A DNA stretch of 64,000 nucleotides, from assembly GCA_002269645.1 (NCBI GenBank), contig NIVC01000401.1, positions 186,001 through 250,000 of the forward strand. The letters are read 5' to 3'. The DNA comes from Macrostomum lignano (lineage: Eukaryota). The translations under genes and the position numbers were made by a program. The notes below the pieces were generated by a model. That model was not told the origin of the DNA, did not search any database, and saw only the letters and a list, made by a program, of their open reading frames with translations. Position 1 is the first letter of the stretch. Every line of letters begins with the position of its first letter. This document shows, piece after piece, positions 1 through 12,950 of the stretch.

Positions 1-78
1 TCTGTCTGTCTGTCTGTCCGTCTTAGTGTCTGTCTGTCTGTCTGTCTGTCCGTCTTAGTGTCTGTCTGTCTGTCTGCC
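1..78. repeat. (GTCT)n microsatellite with GTCTTAGT interruptions
   Basis: Direct reading. Confidence 0.9.
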
Positions 79-241
79 TGTTGAATAGTATTCTGTCTGC
101 TTCTGCTGCAACCAACATTTAAGTTTAATTGAATTTTCTTCAATTCGGGTTCTCAGATTCGCAGATCCTGAGTTGGTGGGCCACAGCAAGCATTCCAGAT
201 GCAGTGCTGAGTAGCTCAAAAAAATCAAATTCCTCTTGTAG

Positions 242-388
242 CCATTCGACCGGTGCTTCATCGGCTCAGCGTCCAGATCAGAAGCCGACTGCATGTTCTC
301 CGGCCAGATCAGCTCCATCTACGGATTCGCCGAGGCGCTCAGTCCGCAACAGATTGCCGGAGTGTTTGCCCTGGGTCCGGCGTACAAG
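242..388 (+). CDS. nbea: NBEA exon (ConA-like domain end), PFDRCFIGS...FALGPAYK
   Basis: TAG acceptor 239-241, GT donor 389, 49 codons; matches NBEA FDKCFLGSS...QLGPGYK. Confidence 0.9.
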
Positions 389-541
389 GTTTGACAAATC
401 ATTGTTTACTTACTCGATAATTAGTCCACGAGTAGGTTTTTAATTTGTCTGGATTAAAAATTGTACACGCGTTCTAGACCATAGACAATTCGGCTTGTAA
501 CTAAATAGTATAAGCTAGACGTTTTTATTACACCTGCTCTA

Positions 542-984
542 CCCAACCATAGACAAAAGGGAACAATACTGAATACAGATTGCGCTATCCCAACCATAGA
601 CAAAAGGGAACAATACTGAATACAGATTGCGCTATTCCAACCATAGACAAAAGGGAACAATACTGAATACAGATTGCGCTATCCCAACCATAGACAAAAG
701 GGAACAATACTGAATACAGATTGCGCTATCCCAACCATAGACAAAAGGGAACAATACTGAATACAGATTGCGCTATCCCAACCATAGACAAAAGGGAACA
801 ATACTGAATACAGATTGCGCTATCCCAACCATAGACAAAAGGGAACAATACTGAATACAGATTGCGCTATTCCAACCATAGACAAAAGGGAACAATACTG
901 AATACAGATTGCGCTATCCCAACCATAGACAAAAGGGAACAATACTGAATACAGATTGCGCTATCCCAACCATAGACAAAAGGG
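542..984. repeat. 47-bp minisatellite, about 9.4 copies
   Basis: Unit CCCAACCATAGACAAAAGGGAACAATACTGAATACAGATTGCGCTAT. Confidence 0.95.
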
Positions 985-1035
985 CGCTTCAGCTTAGTGC
1001 GATTGCTGCCGAGAAAAGCCGTCAACATGCATACA

Positions 1036-1497
1036 TTGCACGGCGCACCTGAAGGCTGCGTACGGCTGTTCAGTCCAAGTGCTGGGGGGTCGCCACACAC
1101 ACCCTCAATTATCTCAGCTAATGCTGGCACCCATTTTACAGCTGGGTGAACTGAAGCAATGCAGAATTGAGTCACAGATTCTTTATTACCCAGATGTGTC
1201 ACTCCAGCATTCGCTAATGTATTTAGCGGCCGTCCCGAGGCCCCGAAACCCTGGGGTTTGGGCCACAGACACCAGCTGCTGCTGCTAATGCCTTGAGAGC
1301 AGCAGAAGCTACAGTCTATGGTCAAAACTTCGGGGTTTTCGCGCTGCCGCCAAGGTCGCTGGAGTGGCCCATCTAGGTAATATAATCTGTGGAGTTGAGT
1401 GTCTTGCTCTAGGACACAACATTTTTTCCGATTTGGTCAAGATTCGAACCCCCGACCTCTCAGTCACTAGTCCGACGCTCGAACCACTAGGCTTTGA
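1036..1497 (-). mobile_element. Third SINE copy, 3'-truncated and split by a MITE
   Basis: Head and core start at 1392-1497, body at 1036-1172, both matching the 6742 copy in reverse. Confidence 0.8.
1173..1391. mobile_element. 219-bp MITE inserted in the SINE, about 35-bp TIRs, 9-bp TSD
   Basis: Left end CACAGATTCTTTATTACCCAGATGTGTCACTCCAGC; right end reverse complement CACAGATTATATTACCTAGATGGGCCACTCCAGC; flanks GAATTGAGT / GAGTTGAGT. Confidence 0.8.
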
Positions 1498-1532
1498 GCT
1501 AGACTATATGCATGAATTTGCTATTCTTGCAG

Positions 1533-1915
1533 GGCCAGTTCAAGTTCGAGTCCGAGCAGGCCGGTCCGCACAGCCAGAGCAGCCTGTCCGGCGCCCAAAA
1601 GACCGCACTCTACCGGCCGGACAGTCGGCTGCACTCGTCCATCATGTTCACCTATAATCCGGTGGCCTGCGACGGTCAGCTGTGCCTGGAGCAGAGTCCC
1701 AAAGTCTGCGGCCAGCCTCTTCAACCTTCGGTGTTTGTGCACAGCGGCCACGCCCTGATGACTGGCGAGGCCAGGTCCGTTTGCACTCATTCTATATTTA
1801 GCACTCTGCACAGTCTGGGTGGCGTGCAGATCTTTCTGCCGCTGTTTGGCCAACTTGGCGACGCTGGCAGCGAGGCCAACGGTGGCGGTCAGGAGGTTAC
1901 TGGCTCCGACATCTG
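1533..1915 (+). CDS. nbea: NBEA exon, GQFKFESE...LCLEQSPK...HSLGGVQIFLPLFGQL
   Basis: CAG acceptor, GTGAG donor at 1916, phase 0 to 2; matches NBEA TFKFKSES...LCLESSPK...HSIGG-QVLFPLF. Confidence 0.93.
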
Positions 1916-1981
1916 GTGAGAGTCTGGTTGTAGTACGGGATCGACAGGGTCATTTTGTGGTGTCCGTGAGGGTCTGACTGA

Positions 1982-2283
1982 CCTCTCCTTCTACCGTGTC
2001 CCTGAGGTAGGGGGTCAGCATGACCTCCCCTCCTACCGTGTCCCTGAGGTAGGGGGTCAGCATGACCTCCCCTTCTACCGTGTCCCTGAGGTAGGGGGTC
2101 AGCATGACCCCTCCTACCGTGTCCCTGGGGTAGGGGTCAGCATGACCTCCCCTTCTACCGTGTCCCTGAGGTAGGGGGTCAGCATGACCTCCCCTCCTAC
2201 CGTGTCCCTGGGGTAGGGGGTCAGCATGACCTCCCCTCCTACCGTGTCCCTGAGGTAGGGGGTCAGCATGACCTCCCCTCCTG
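1982..2283. repeat. 42-bp minisatellite, about 7 copies
   Basis: Unit CCTCCCCTCCTACCGTGTCCCTGAGGTAGGGGGTCAGCATGA. Confidence 0.93.
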
Positions 2284-2499
2284 CGTACTATACAGCTTTC
2301 GATATTATACAGTCACCATTTCTATGTCCTTATAAAAAACGATGTTTAGAGCAAATAAGCATCAGCCCTGAAGGCCAGCTATCTAGCCTTAGACATCAGC
2401 ACCTTTTAGATTTGGCATCAAAGCCTCCCTTTAAGCCATGGCTTAACCCGAACTCTTACTCTCCCTTTAATGCTTGGCCTATTAAATACTTCCAATTGA

Positions 2500-2880
2500 C
2501 CCTTGACATCTCAGTCACCCCAATCAGCCTTGACATCTCAGCAATCACCCTCCCCAATGAGCCTTGACATCTCAGCAATTACCCTCCCCAATGAGCCTTG
2601 CACATCTCAGCAATTACCCTCCCCAATCAGCCTTGACATCTCAGCAATTACCCTCCCCCAATCAGCCTTGCACATCTCAGCAATTACCCTCCCCAATGAG
2701 CCCTGCACATCTCAGCAATCACCCTCCCCCAATGAGCCTTGACATCTCAGCAATTACCCTCCCCAATGAGCCCTGCACATCTCAGCAATCACCCTCCCCC
2801 AATGAGCCTTGACATCTCAGCAATTACCCTCCCCAATGAGCCTTGCACATCTCAGCAATTACCCTCCCCAATGAGCCCCC
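2500..2880. repeat. 33-35-bp minisatellite
   Basis: Unit about CCTTGACATCTCAGCAATTACCCTCCCCAATGAG. Confidence 0.9.
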
Positions 2881-3383
2881 CCCCCAGTGTATGCTGGCTG
2901 GATGGATGGAAGTCAGTATTTCAATCTTTTAAAATGCGTAAATGAGGCAGCAGAGGCTGAGGCTCGCGGTAATACGACCTTGGGGGAATCGGTTTACTAA
3001 TTTAATGCCCGGCTCTCAAGGCTGCACTATCAAAGTTGAAATTGCTAATATACTCTTGCTCTGCCTCTCTCTTTGCTACGAAACGATTCAACTAGATTCT
3101 AGTGTATCGCACTTTTAAACAAACCGCAACTAATATCGAATACTCCCAGCGTTTAAGCGTGGTTAGGCTCTTTCGTCAATTTTCCCTTTTAAGGAATTAG
3201 GCAGGGACAATTGCTCCTGCTGTTCAATCAGATGGCGGCCCTCGATTTACTCGTTGCTCAGTCAGAAACTTAATTTACAATTCTAATAGTCTTTGCGCTT
3301 CTTATTCTTCTTCATTTTCTTCGTTTTTTGTGATTAGTTGATGAAGGATTGAGCCTATAATTTTTTCTCTCTCCAATTTCCAG

Positions 3384-3492
3384 CGCCTCACTGCTGGCTC
3401 TGCTAGGCGACCTGCTGCAATCGTCTCAGTCAATACAGCAGCAATTTATGCAGAACAAAGGATTTCTGGTTATTAGCCAGTATTTGACCAAG
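3384..3492 (+). CDS. nbea: NBEA exon, (C)ASLLALLGDLLQSS...KGFLVISQYLTK
   Basis: Pyrimidine tract + CAG, GTATAAG donor, phase 2 to 0; not in the ORF track; matches CATLLAFL-ELL...KGFLVIGY. Confidence 0.92.
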
Positions 3493-3592
3493 GTATAAGG
3501 ATTTGCGTGTGTTACTTATGTTGCCTTTTAAGTGACGCGCTACAGCTTATATACATGCTGTTGTCATATTTAGCTAGGCAGGCAAGTAGCTA

Positions 3593-4571
3593 GTCAGTCA
3601 GTCAGTCAGTCAGTCAGTCAGTCAGTCAGTCAGTCAGTCAGTCAGTCAGCCAGTCAGTCAGTCAGTCAGTCAGTCAGTCAGGCAGTCAGTAAGTCAGTCA
3701 GTCAGTCAGGCAGTCAGGCAGTCAGTCAGTCAGTCAGTCAGTCAGTCAGTCAGTCAGTCAGTCAGTCAGTCATGCAGTGGCAGTCAGTCAGTCAGTCAGT
3801 CAGTCAGTCAGTCAGTCAGTCAGCCAGTCAGTCAGTCAGTCAGTCAGTCAGTCAGCCAGTCAGTCAGTCAGTCAGTCAGTCAGTCAGGCAGTCAGTTAGT
3901 CAGTCAGTCAGGCAGTCAGGCAGTCAGTCAGTCAGTCAGTCAGTCAGTCAGTCAGTCAGCCAGTCAGTCAGTCAGTCATGCAGTGGCAGTCAGTCAGTCA
4001 GTCAGTCAGTCAGGCAGTCAGTCAGTCAGTCAGGCAGTCAGGCAGTCAGTCAGTCAGTCAGTCAGTCAGTCAGTCAGTCAGTCAGTCAGTCAGTCAGTCA
4101 GTCAGTCAGTCAGTCAGTCAGTCAGTCAGTCAGTCAGTCAGTCAGTCAGTCAGTCAGTCAGTCAGTCAGTCAGTCAGTCAGTCAGTCAGTCAGTCAGTCA
4201 GTCAGTCAGTCATGCAGTGGCAGTCAGTCAGTCAGTCAGTCAGTCAGACAGTCAGACAGTCAGTCAGGCAGAGGCAGTCAGTCAGTCAGTCAGTCAGTCA
4301 GTCAGTCAGTCAGTCAGTCAGTCAGTCAGTCAGTCAGTCAGTCAGTCATGCAGTGGCAGTCAGTCAGTCAGTCAGTCAGTCAGACAGTCAGTCAGGCAGA
4401 GGCAGTCAGTCAGTCAGTCAGTCAGTCAGTCAGTCAGTCAGTCAGTCAGTCAGTCAGTCAGTCAGTCAGTCAGTCAGTCAGTCATGCAGTGGCAGTCAGT
4501 CAGTCAGTCAGTCAGGCAGTCAGTCAGTCAGTCAGTCAGTCAGTCAGTCAGTCAGTCAGTCAGACAGTCAG
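3593..4571. repeat. (CAGT)n microsatellite with recurring CATGCAGTGG variant
   Basis: Direct reading; source of the SQSV ORFs. Confidence 0.97.
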
Positions 4572-4626
4572 GTAGCTAGCCAGTATGTTTATCTCTTCAT
4601 TGCATCCCGAACCGGACATCCCGCAG

Positions 4627-4939
4627 GAGAGCCTGACCGACAAAGTGCTGGACGAATTCGTCAAGATGACCAAGCAGCTGGCCCAGAATAAAACATCGGT
4701 CGGCCTCGTCAAACAGCTGTTCGATCACGTATTGTTCAATCCGACACTGTGGATCAAAGCGCCCGTGCAGGTGCAAATTCGTCTGTACAAATTCTTGGCC
4801 ACCGACTTCGTTGCCAGCGTCGGCATATTCAATTCCGTTCGACGGGTCAGCGCCGTACTGCAGACTATTCACACGCTGAAGCACTACTACTGGATTGTGC
4901 ACCCGCAGGACCGCAGCGGATTCGCGCCCAAGTCTCAAT
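4627..4939 (+). CDS. nbea: NBEA exon, ESLTDKVLDEF...KQLFDHVLFNPTLW...HTLKHYYW
   Basis: Matches KQLCDHILFNPAIW and HTLKYYYW; only in-frame AG is 4625-4626; GTGCGT donor at 4940 gives the phase 1 needed by the next exon. 5' boundary less certain. Confidence 0.88.
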
Positions 4940-4959
4940 GTGCGTTACTCATGAAGTCA

Positions 4960-6330
4960 CTCGCGAAAGTCATTCATAAATTTACTCATAAACTCACTTA
5001 TGGACTTACCCATGAACCCACTTATAAACTCACTCATGAACTCACTCATGCACTCATTTATAAACTCACTCATGAACTCACTCATGCACTCATTTATAAA
5101 CTCACTCATGAACTCACTCATAAATTCACTAATGAATTTACTTATGAACTCTCTAGCAAACTCATAAGCTGATAAACTCACTCATGAACTCACTTATGAA
5201 CTCACTTATGAACTCACTCATGAACTTACTCATGAACTCACTTATGAACTCACTTATGAACTCACTCATGAACTCACTCATAAACTCACTCATGAACTCA
5301 CTTATGAACTCACTCATGAACTCACTTATGAACTCACTCATGAACTCACTTATGAACTCTCTCATAAACTCACTCATGAACTCACTTATGAACTCACTCA
5401 TGAACTCACTTGAACTCACTCATGAACTCACTTATGAATTTACTTATGAACTCTCTAGCAAACTCATAAGCTGATAAACTCACTCATGAACTCACTTATG
5501 AACTCCTTATGAACTCACTTATGAACTCACTCATGAACTCACTTATGAACTCACTTATGAACTCACTCATGAACTCACTCATGGACTCTCTCATAAACTC
5601 ACTCATGAACTCACTTATGAACTCACTCATGAACTCACTCATGAACTCACTTATGAACTCTCTCATAAACTCACTCATGAACTCACTTATGAACTCACTC
5701 ATGAACTCACTTATGAACTCACTCATGAACTCACTAATGAATTTACTTATGAACTCTCTAGCAAACTCATAAGCTGATAAACTCACTCATGAACTCACTT
5801 ATGAACTCACTTATGAACTCACTTATGAACTTACTCATGAACTCACTTATGAACTCACTTATGAACTCACTCATGAACTCACTCATGAACTCTCTCATAA
5901 ACTCACTCATGAACTCACTTATGAACTCACTCATGAACTCACTTATGAACTCTCTCATAAACTCACTCATGAACTCACTTATGAACTCACTTATGAACTC
6001 ACTTTATGAACTCACTCATGAACTCACTCATGAACTCACTCATGAACTCACTTATGAACTCACTCATGAACTCACTTATGAACTCACTCATGAACTCACT
6101 CATGAACTCACTCATGAACTCACTTACGAACTCACTCATGAACTCACTTATGAACTCACTCATGAACTCACTTATGAACTCACTCATGAACTCACTTATG
6201 AATTCACTCACAAACTCACTTAACAGTTCACTTATGAACTTACTTATGAGCTTAGTCATTAACTCACTCATGAACTCTCATAAATTCCCTCATGAACTCA
6301 CTCACGAGCTCGCATCCATGGACTTACTGA
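4960..6330. repeat. 12-bp (TCATGAACTCAC) array with about 303-bp higher-order unit
   Basis: Marker GAATTTACTTATGAACTCTCTAGCAAACTCATAAGCTGATAA recurs near 5134, 5436 and 5740. Confidence 0.93.
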
Positions 6331-6735
6331 ATGACTTATTCATTTAGTATTTCTTAATGAACCGCCTAGTTAAAATTGGCTTCTTTTACTTATACTACTC
6401 GTAATTATTAGCTTTCTAATAGCGACTAGGACTTTAAACCTTCTATGTTGACCAAACCGCACCAAATCAATTGTTGTTTTTCTAGCTGCACAGTCCCAAA
6501 CAGTTGTTAAAAGGACAAACATTGCCCGCTCGTTGATGCGTGAGTGATTGACGCGCAGATTGAATTGAATATCTATTAAGCTTTTTTGTTTTTATTGCGC
6601 ATTGTTTGTTCAATAGTGCCTTAGAACTATGAGTACATGCTCAAATGAGCTAGAAACAAAGTAAAAATAATCCTAAACTAACCACTTGTAATATTTAAAT
6701 CTGTTCTATAAATAGAATTCACTATATAGTCCCCT

Positions 6736-7051
6736 AGCCTTGGGGGGGTTGTAGCTTAGCGGTCAGAGCGTCGGACTCACAACTTGAAGGTCAGGGGTTC
6801 GATTCCCAATTCCAATGGAACAATTTGTGTCCTTGAGCAAGACACTTAACTCTGCATTGCTTCAGTTCACCCAGCTGTAAAATGGGTGCCAGCATTAGCT
6901 GGGGTAATTGAGGGTGTTTGTGGCGACCCCCCAGTCCTTGGACTGAACAGCCGTACGCAGCCTTCAGATGCGCCGCGCAATAGCTGCGGCTCGGCTGTAC
7001 ATCTGCCCATTAAGGGAGTTGTAATCTATTATTATTATTGTTATTATTAAC
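6736..7051 (+). mobile_element. tRNA-derived SINE with CORE-like central domain, full length
   Basis: A box TAGCTTAGCGG, B box GGTTCGATTCC, MIR-core-like GTGTCCTTGAGCAAGACACTTAAC...CTGTAAAATGGG, (TTA)n tail, candidate TSD AGTCCCCT at 6728-6735 and 7052-7059. Confidence 0.85.
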
Positions 7052-7652
7052 AGTCCCCTCTACAGTCTCCTGATGGCTGATATATAAAGAATAAACTCAT
7101 TTAAGGGCACCCCATGAAATACAGCAATTAGATATTTATTCTAATGACTTATCAGAAGCTTTTAACTGACACTATTATCCGACATTGCAGTTAGTCGTTT
7201 CTTTTAACACAGCAACGCCTGATCGCTTTTATTACGTGAAAAATACGTTTTGAAGGCCGATTTTTCATGTCAAAAATCAGGTTGTTAGCAAATCCAGTCA
7301 ATAAGGGAGTTTGTAAACATTAGAAATAGAGTTATTATAACTATATAAGCACGGTTGAAATTTTAGGCCTTCAAAACATATTTTACCTAATTGTAGGATG
7401 TGTAGGGTGCATTTAGTTTCGGGATTTGCACTTGGCAGGGTGGTTGGTTTTCCGTTTCCTGTTAATTTTTGTCATTCATTTTTCCCTCTAGGTTCGTCGC
7501 TGCAGCGTTATAATTAATTAAATTTACAGATTCATTCATTTTTGTTTCAGCCCCTAATTTGTTGTTTCCCTTGCTGTTTTTTACTTTTCCCGTTTTTTTG
7601 TAAGTAGATTCTTCCCCATTTATTCTGTGACTTTTTTCTCCTCTCCTGACAG

Positions 7653-7807
7653 CACTGGAAGGCGAATGGGCTCGAGCTGACATTCACGACTTGACAACTA
7701 TTCGGGCCAGCCTCCTTATCTACATCAAACAGCTGATTTTGCGAGGCAACGGAATTCTAGACGACGAGATGCAGGCTATACTTAACTATTTGTCCACTGT
7801 TAATGAG
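7653..7807 (+). CDS. nbea: NBEA exon, LEGEWARADIHDLTTIRASLLIYIKQLILR...NYLSTVNE
   Basis: CAG acceptor, GT donor 7808, phase 1 to 0; matches LRAFMLLFLKQLILK...ILNYL. Confidence 0.92.
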
Positions 7808-7814
7808 GTTTGTG

Positions 7815-10160
7815 TGGGGAGATGGGAGCTGACCTATTGGGAGCTGGGATCTGACCTATTGGGAGCTGGGATCTGACCTATTGGGAGCTGGGATCTGACC
7901 TATTGGGAGCTGGGATCTGACCTATTGGGAGCTGGGAGCTGACCTATTGGGAGCTGGGATCTGACCTATTGGGAGCTGGGATCTGACCTATTGGGAGCTG
8001 GGATCTGACCTATTGGGAGCTGGGATCTGACCTATTGGGAGCTGGGAGCTGACCTATTGGGAGCTGGGATCTGACCTATTGGGAGCTGGGATCTGACCTA
8101 TTGGGAGCTGGGTTGGGAGCTGGGATCTGACCTATTGGGAGCTGGGATCTGACCTATTGGGAGCTGGGATCTGACCTATTGGGAGCTGGGATCTGACCTA
8201 TTGGGAGCTGGGATCTGACCTATTGGGAGCTGGGATCTGAACTATTGGGAGCTGGGATCTGACCTATTGGGAGCTGGGATCTGAACTATTGGGAGCTGGG
8301 ATCTGACCTATTGGGAGCTGGGATCTGACCTATTGGGAGCTGGGATCTGACCTATTGGGAGCTGGGATCTGACCTATTGGGAGCTGGGATCTGAACTATT
8401 GGGAGCTGGGATCTGACCTATTGAGAGCTGGGATCTGACCTATTGGGAGCTGGGATCTGACCTATTGGGAGCTGGGATCTGACCTATTGGGAGCTGGGAT
8501 CTGACCTATTGGGAGCTGGGATCTGACCTATTGGGAGCTGGGATCTGACCTACTGGGAGCTGGGATCTGACCTATTGGGAGCTGGGATCTGACCTATTGG
8601 GAGCTGGGATCTGACCTATTGAGAGCTGGGATCTGACCTATTGGGAGCTGGGATCTGAACTATTGGGAGCTGGGAGCTGACCTATTGGGAGCTGGGATCT
8701 GAACTATTGGGAGCTGGGAGCTGACCTATTGAGAGCTGGGATCTGACCTATTGGGAGCTGGGATCTGACCTATTGGGAGCTGGGATCTGACCTATTGGGA
8801 GCTGGGATCTGACCTATTGGGAGCTGGGATCTGACCTATTGGGAGCTGGGATCTGACCTATTGGGAGCTGGGATCTGACCTATTGGGAGCTGGGATCTGA
8901 CCTATTGAGAGCTGGGATCTGACCTATTGGGAGCTGGGATCTGACCTATTGGGAGCTGGGATCTGACCTATTGGGAGCTGGGATCTGACCTATTGGGAGC
9001 TGGGATCTGACCTATTGGGAGCTGGGATCTGACCTATTGGGAGCTGGGATCTGACCTATTGGGAGCTGGGAGCTGACCTATTGAGAGCTGGGATCTGACC
9101 TATTGGGAGCTAGGATCTGACCTATTGGGAGCTGGGATCTGACCTATTGGGAGCTGGGATCTGACCTATTGGGAGCTGGGATCTGACCTATTGGGAGCTG
9201 GGATCTGAACTATTGGGAGCTGGGATCTGACCTATTGGGAGCTGGGATCTGAACTATTGGGAGCTGGGATCTGACCTATTGGGAGCTGGGATCTGAACTA
9301 TTGGGAGCTGGGATCTGACCTATTGGGAGCTGGGATCTGAACTATTGGGAGCTGGGAGCTGACCTATTGAGAGCTGGGATCTGACCTATTGGGAGCTGGG
9401 ATCTGACCTATTGGGAGCTGGGATCTGACCTATTGGGAGCTGGGATCTGACCTATTGGGAGCTGGGATCTGAACTATTGGGAGCTGGGATCTGACCTATT
9501 GGGAGCTGGGATCTGACCTATTGGGAGCTGGGAGCTGACCTATTGAGAGCTGGGATCTGACCTATTGGGAGCTGGGATCTGACCTATTGGGAGCTGGGAT
9601 CTGACCTATTGGGAGCTGGGATCTGACCTATTGGGAGCTGGGATCTGACCTATTGGGAGCTGGGAGCTGACCTATTGGGAGCTGGGATCTGACCTATTGG
9701 GAGCTGGGATCTGACCTATTGGGAGCTGGGTTGGGAGCTGGGATCTGACCTATTGGGAGCTGGGAGCTGACCTATTGGGAGCTGGGAGCTGACCTATTGG
9801 GAGCTGGGATCTGACCTATTGGGAGCTGGGATCTGAACTATTGGGAGCTGGGATCTGACCTATTGGGAGCTGGGATCTGAACTATTGGGAGCTGGGATCT
9901 GACCTATTGGGAGCTGGGATCTGACCTATTGGGAGCTGGGATCTGACCTATTGGGAGCTGGGATCTGACCTATTAGGAGCTGGGATCTTACCTATCGGGA
10001 GCTGGGATCTGACTTATTGGGATCTGAGATCTGACCTTTTAGGATCTAGGATCTGACCTGGGATCTGACCTATTTGGATCTGGGATTTGACCTGGGATAT
10101 GACCCATTGGGTTCTGGGAGCTAGATTTGGTCGATTGGGAACTGGGTATTCTTTATTGGC
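7815..10160. repeat. 22-bp minisatellite, about 100 copies
   Basis: Unit GGGAGCTGGGATCTGACCTATT, decaying at the 3' end. Confidence 0.97.
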
Positions 10161-10282
10161 ACCAGGGTTTCTATGATTTTGAATTATGATCTCATATTTG
10201 CGACTTACGATTAGGTTTCTTTGCTGCCAGTGCTTCCCTAAATAAATAATTTGATTATTCTGCCCAATAACGCCATCCTCAG

Positions 10283-10664
10283 GATGACAATCTCCGGGAT
10301 GTGCTTTACTTCGCTGTGACGCTGATGGCGGAGCACCCGGCCTCCATGGTGCCGGCATTCGACCGGAAGCACGCTATTCGAACCGTGCTCAAACTGCTCG
10401 CCTCGCATGACGAGAAAATTCGAATTCACGCGCTAAAACTTCTTGGCTACTTTCTGATGCGCAGCACCTCTAAACGGAAGCACGACGTGCTCACTACTCA
10501 CAACCTGTTCTCGCTGATCGGCGAACGGCTGATGCTGTTCTCGCCCTGCGTCTCTATGGCGTCTTATAATGCCCTGTTTGAGCTGCTCACTGAGAAGGTG
10601 ACGCTCTATATCACTGACAAACGGCATCCGGAGCCTGAGGCCAACTACCGGTTGGAGAATCCGC
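10283..10664 (+). CDS. nbea: NBEA exon, DDNLRDVL...EHPASMVPAFD...LENP
   Basis: CAG acceptor, GTAAG donor, phase 0 to 1; matches DENIHDVL...EHPASMIPAFD. Confidence 0.94.
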
Positions 10665-10689
10665 GTAAGATGCTACTTTATTTTTTTAG

Positions 10690-11114
10690 TTTGTTAGTGG
10701 GTTAGTTAGTTAGTTTGCTAGTTAGTTAGTTAGTTTGCTAGTTAGTTAGTTTGCTAGTTAGTTAGTTTGCTAGTTAGTTAGTTTGCTAGTTAGTTAGTTA
10801 GTTTGCTAGTTAGTTAGTTAGTTTGCTAGTTAGTTAGTTTGCTAGTTAGTTAGTTTGCTAGTTAGTTAGTTAGTTTGCTAGTTAGTTAGTTAGTTTGCTA
10901 GTTAGTTAGTTTGCTAGTTAGTTAGTTTGCTAGTTAGTTAGTTTGCTAGTTAGTTAGTTTGCTAGTTAGTTAGTTTGCTAGTTAGTTAGTTAGTTTGCTA
11001 GTTAGTTAGTTAGTTTGTTAGTTAGTTAGTTTGCTAGTTAGTTAGTTTGCTAGTTAGTTAGTTAGTTTGCTAGTTAGTTAGTTAGTTAGTTAGGCAGTTA
11101 GTTAGTTAGTTTGC

Positions 11115-11169
<55 letters not shown>

Positions 11170-11330
11170 CTAGGCAGTTAGCTATCTAGGCAGTTAGCTA
11201 TCTAGGCAGTTAGCTATCTAGGCAGTTAGCTATCTAGGCAGTTAGCTATCTAGGCAGTTAGCTATCTAGGCAGTTAGCTATCTAGGCAGTTAGCTATCTA
11301 GGCAGTTAGCTATCTAGGCAGTTATCTAGT
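10690..11330. repeat. (TTAG)n-based array followed by 16-bp TAGGCAGTTAGCTATC array
   Basis: Direct reading. Confidence 0.92.
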
Positions 11331-12072
11331 TTGCGAGTTAATTAAATCCTAAACGAGCGCTTGTGAATATCTAAAATCAGAATAATCCTGAGTAGACAGT
11401 GCTTGGCTCATAATTAATCAATCAAGTGTCGGTGACAATACAGCTAATAAAGTAGGAAAACTTCCTCCTTTATGAGTGTTTTTATCAGCTTCTATATTAC
11501 GTGTTTTGTTTATTTTATATTTATCTATCATAGCGCCGGTCTTTGTAATGCTTGTACTGATAAAATAGCTATGCTGCATTTCTGCAATGGAGAGGCCGGC
11601 TTCTCCTCAATCGAGAGCTGCCTCGAGAGCCTTCAAACGGAGCGGGAAAGTGGGAAACATTTTAAATTGCGACAGAGCCAATTACATTATACTAGTATGA
11701 ACATGGGCATATAGGCAGTGCGTAAGTATGTACGACATTGGACATTGTAGAAGTAGGCCATGGCGTTTGGGACACGCTTAACTGCTATTCCCTTAGGCAA
11801 ATGAGTTTACACACTGCTGAGTGACACAGCGAAATAGACTCGACTCGAAATTGTAGATTCCAGCCTCCTCCTCCTCCTTCTCCCCGCCCTGGGCGACCCG
11901 AACACTTCCTGTGCGCTGCCCCGGTGCCCGCGCCTGTGGGCTGATCGATGCCGCTTCCTAGTTTGGCTTCTTATGATTGCCGGCTTTTCACCGTTTCACT
12001 GGGAACTCCTCTGCGCATGCTGGCTTAGATTGTTGTGTGCTACAGGCTGGGTTTCTGTTGCGCAATTGTCTC

Positions 12073-12950
<878 letters not shown>

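Noticed and set aside
6742-6815. tRNA gene (also 1441-1497, 34283-34335 and 44075-44144)
   Set aside because: Anticodon and acceptor stems do not pair, and three continue into a shared SINE body. The 34283 fragment has A and B boxes but is too short to classify.
11715-11730. 3-nt microexon CAG-TGC-GTAAGT
   Set aside because: No pyrimidine tract or branch site upstream.
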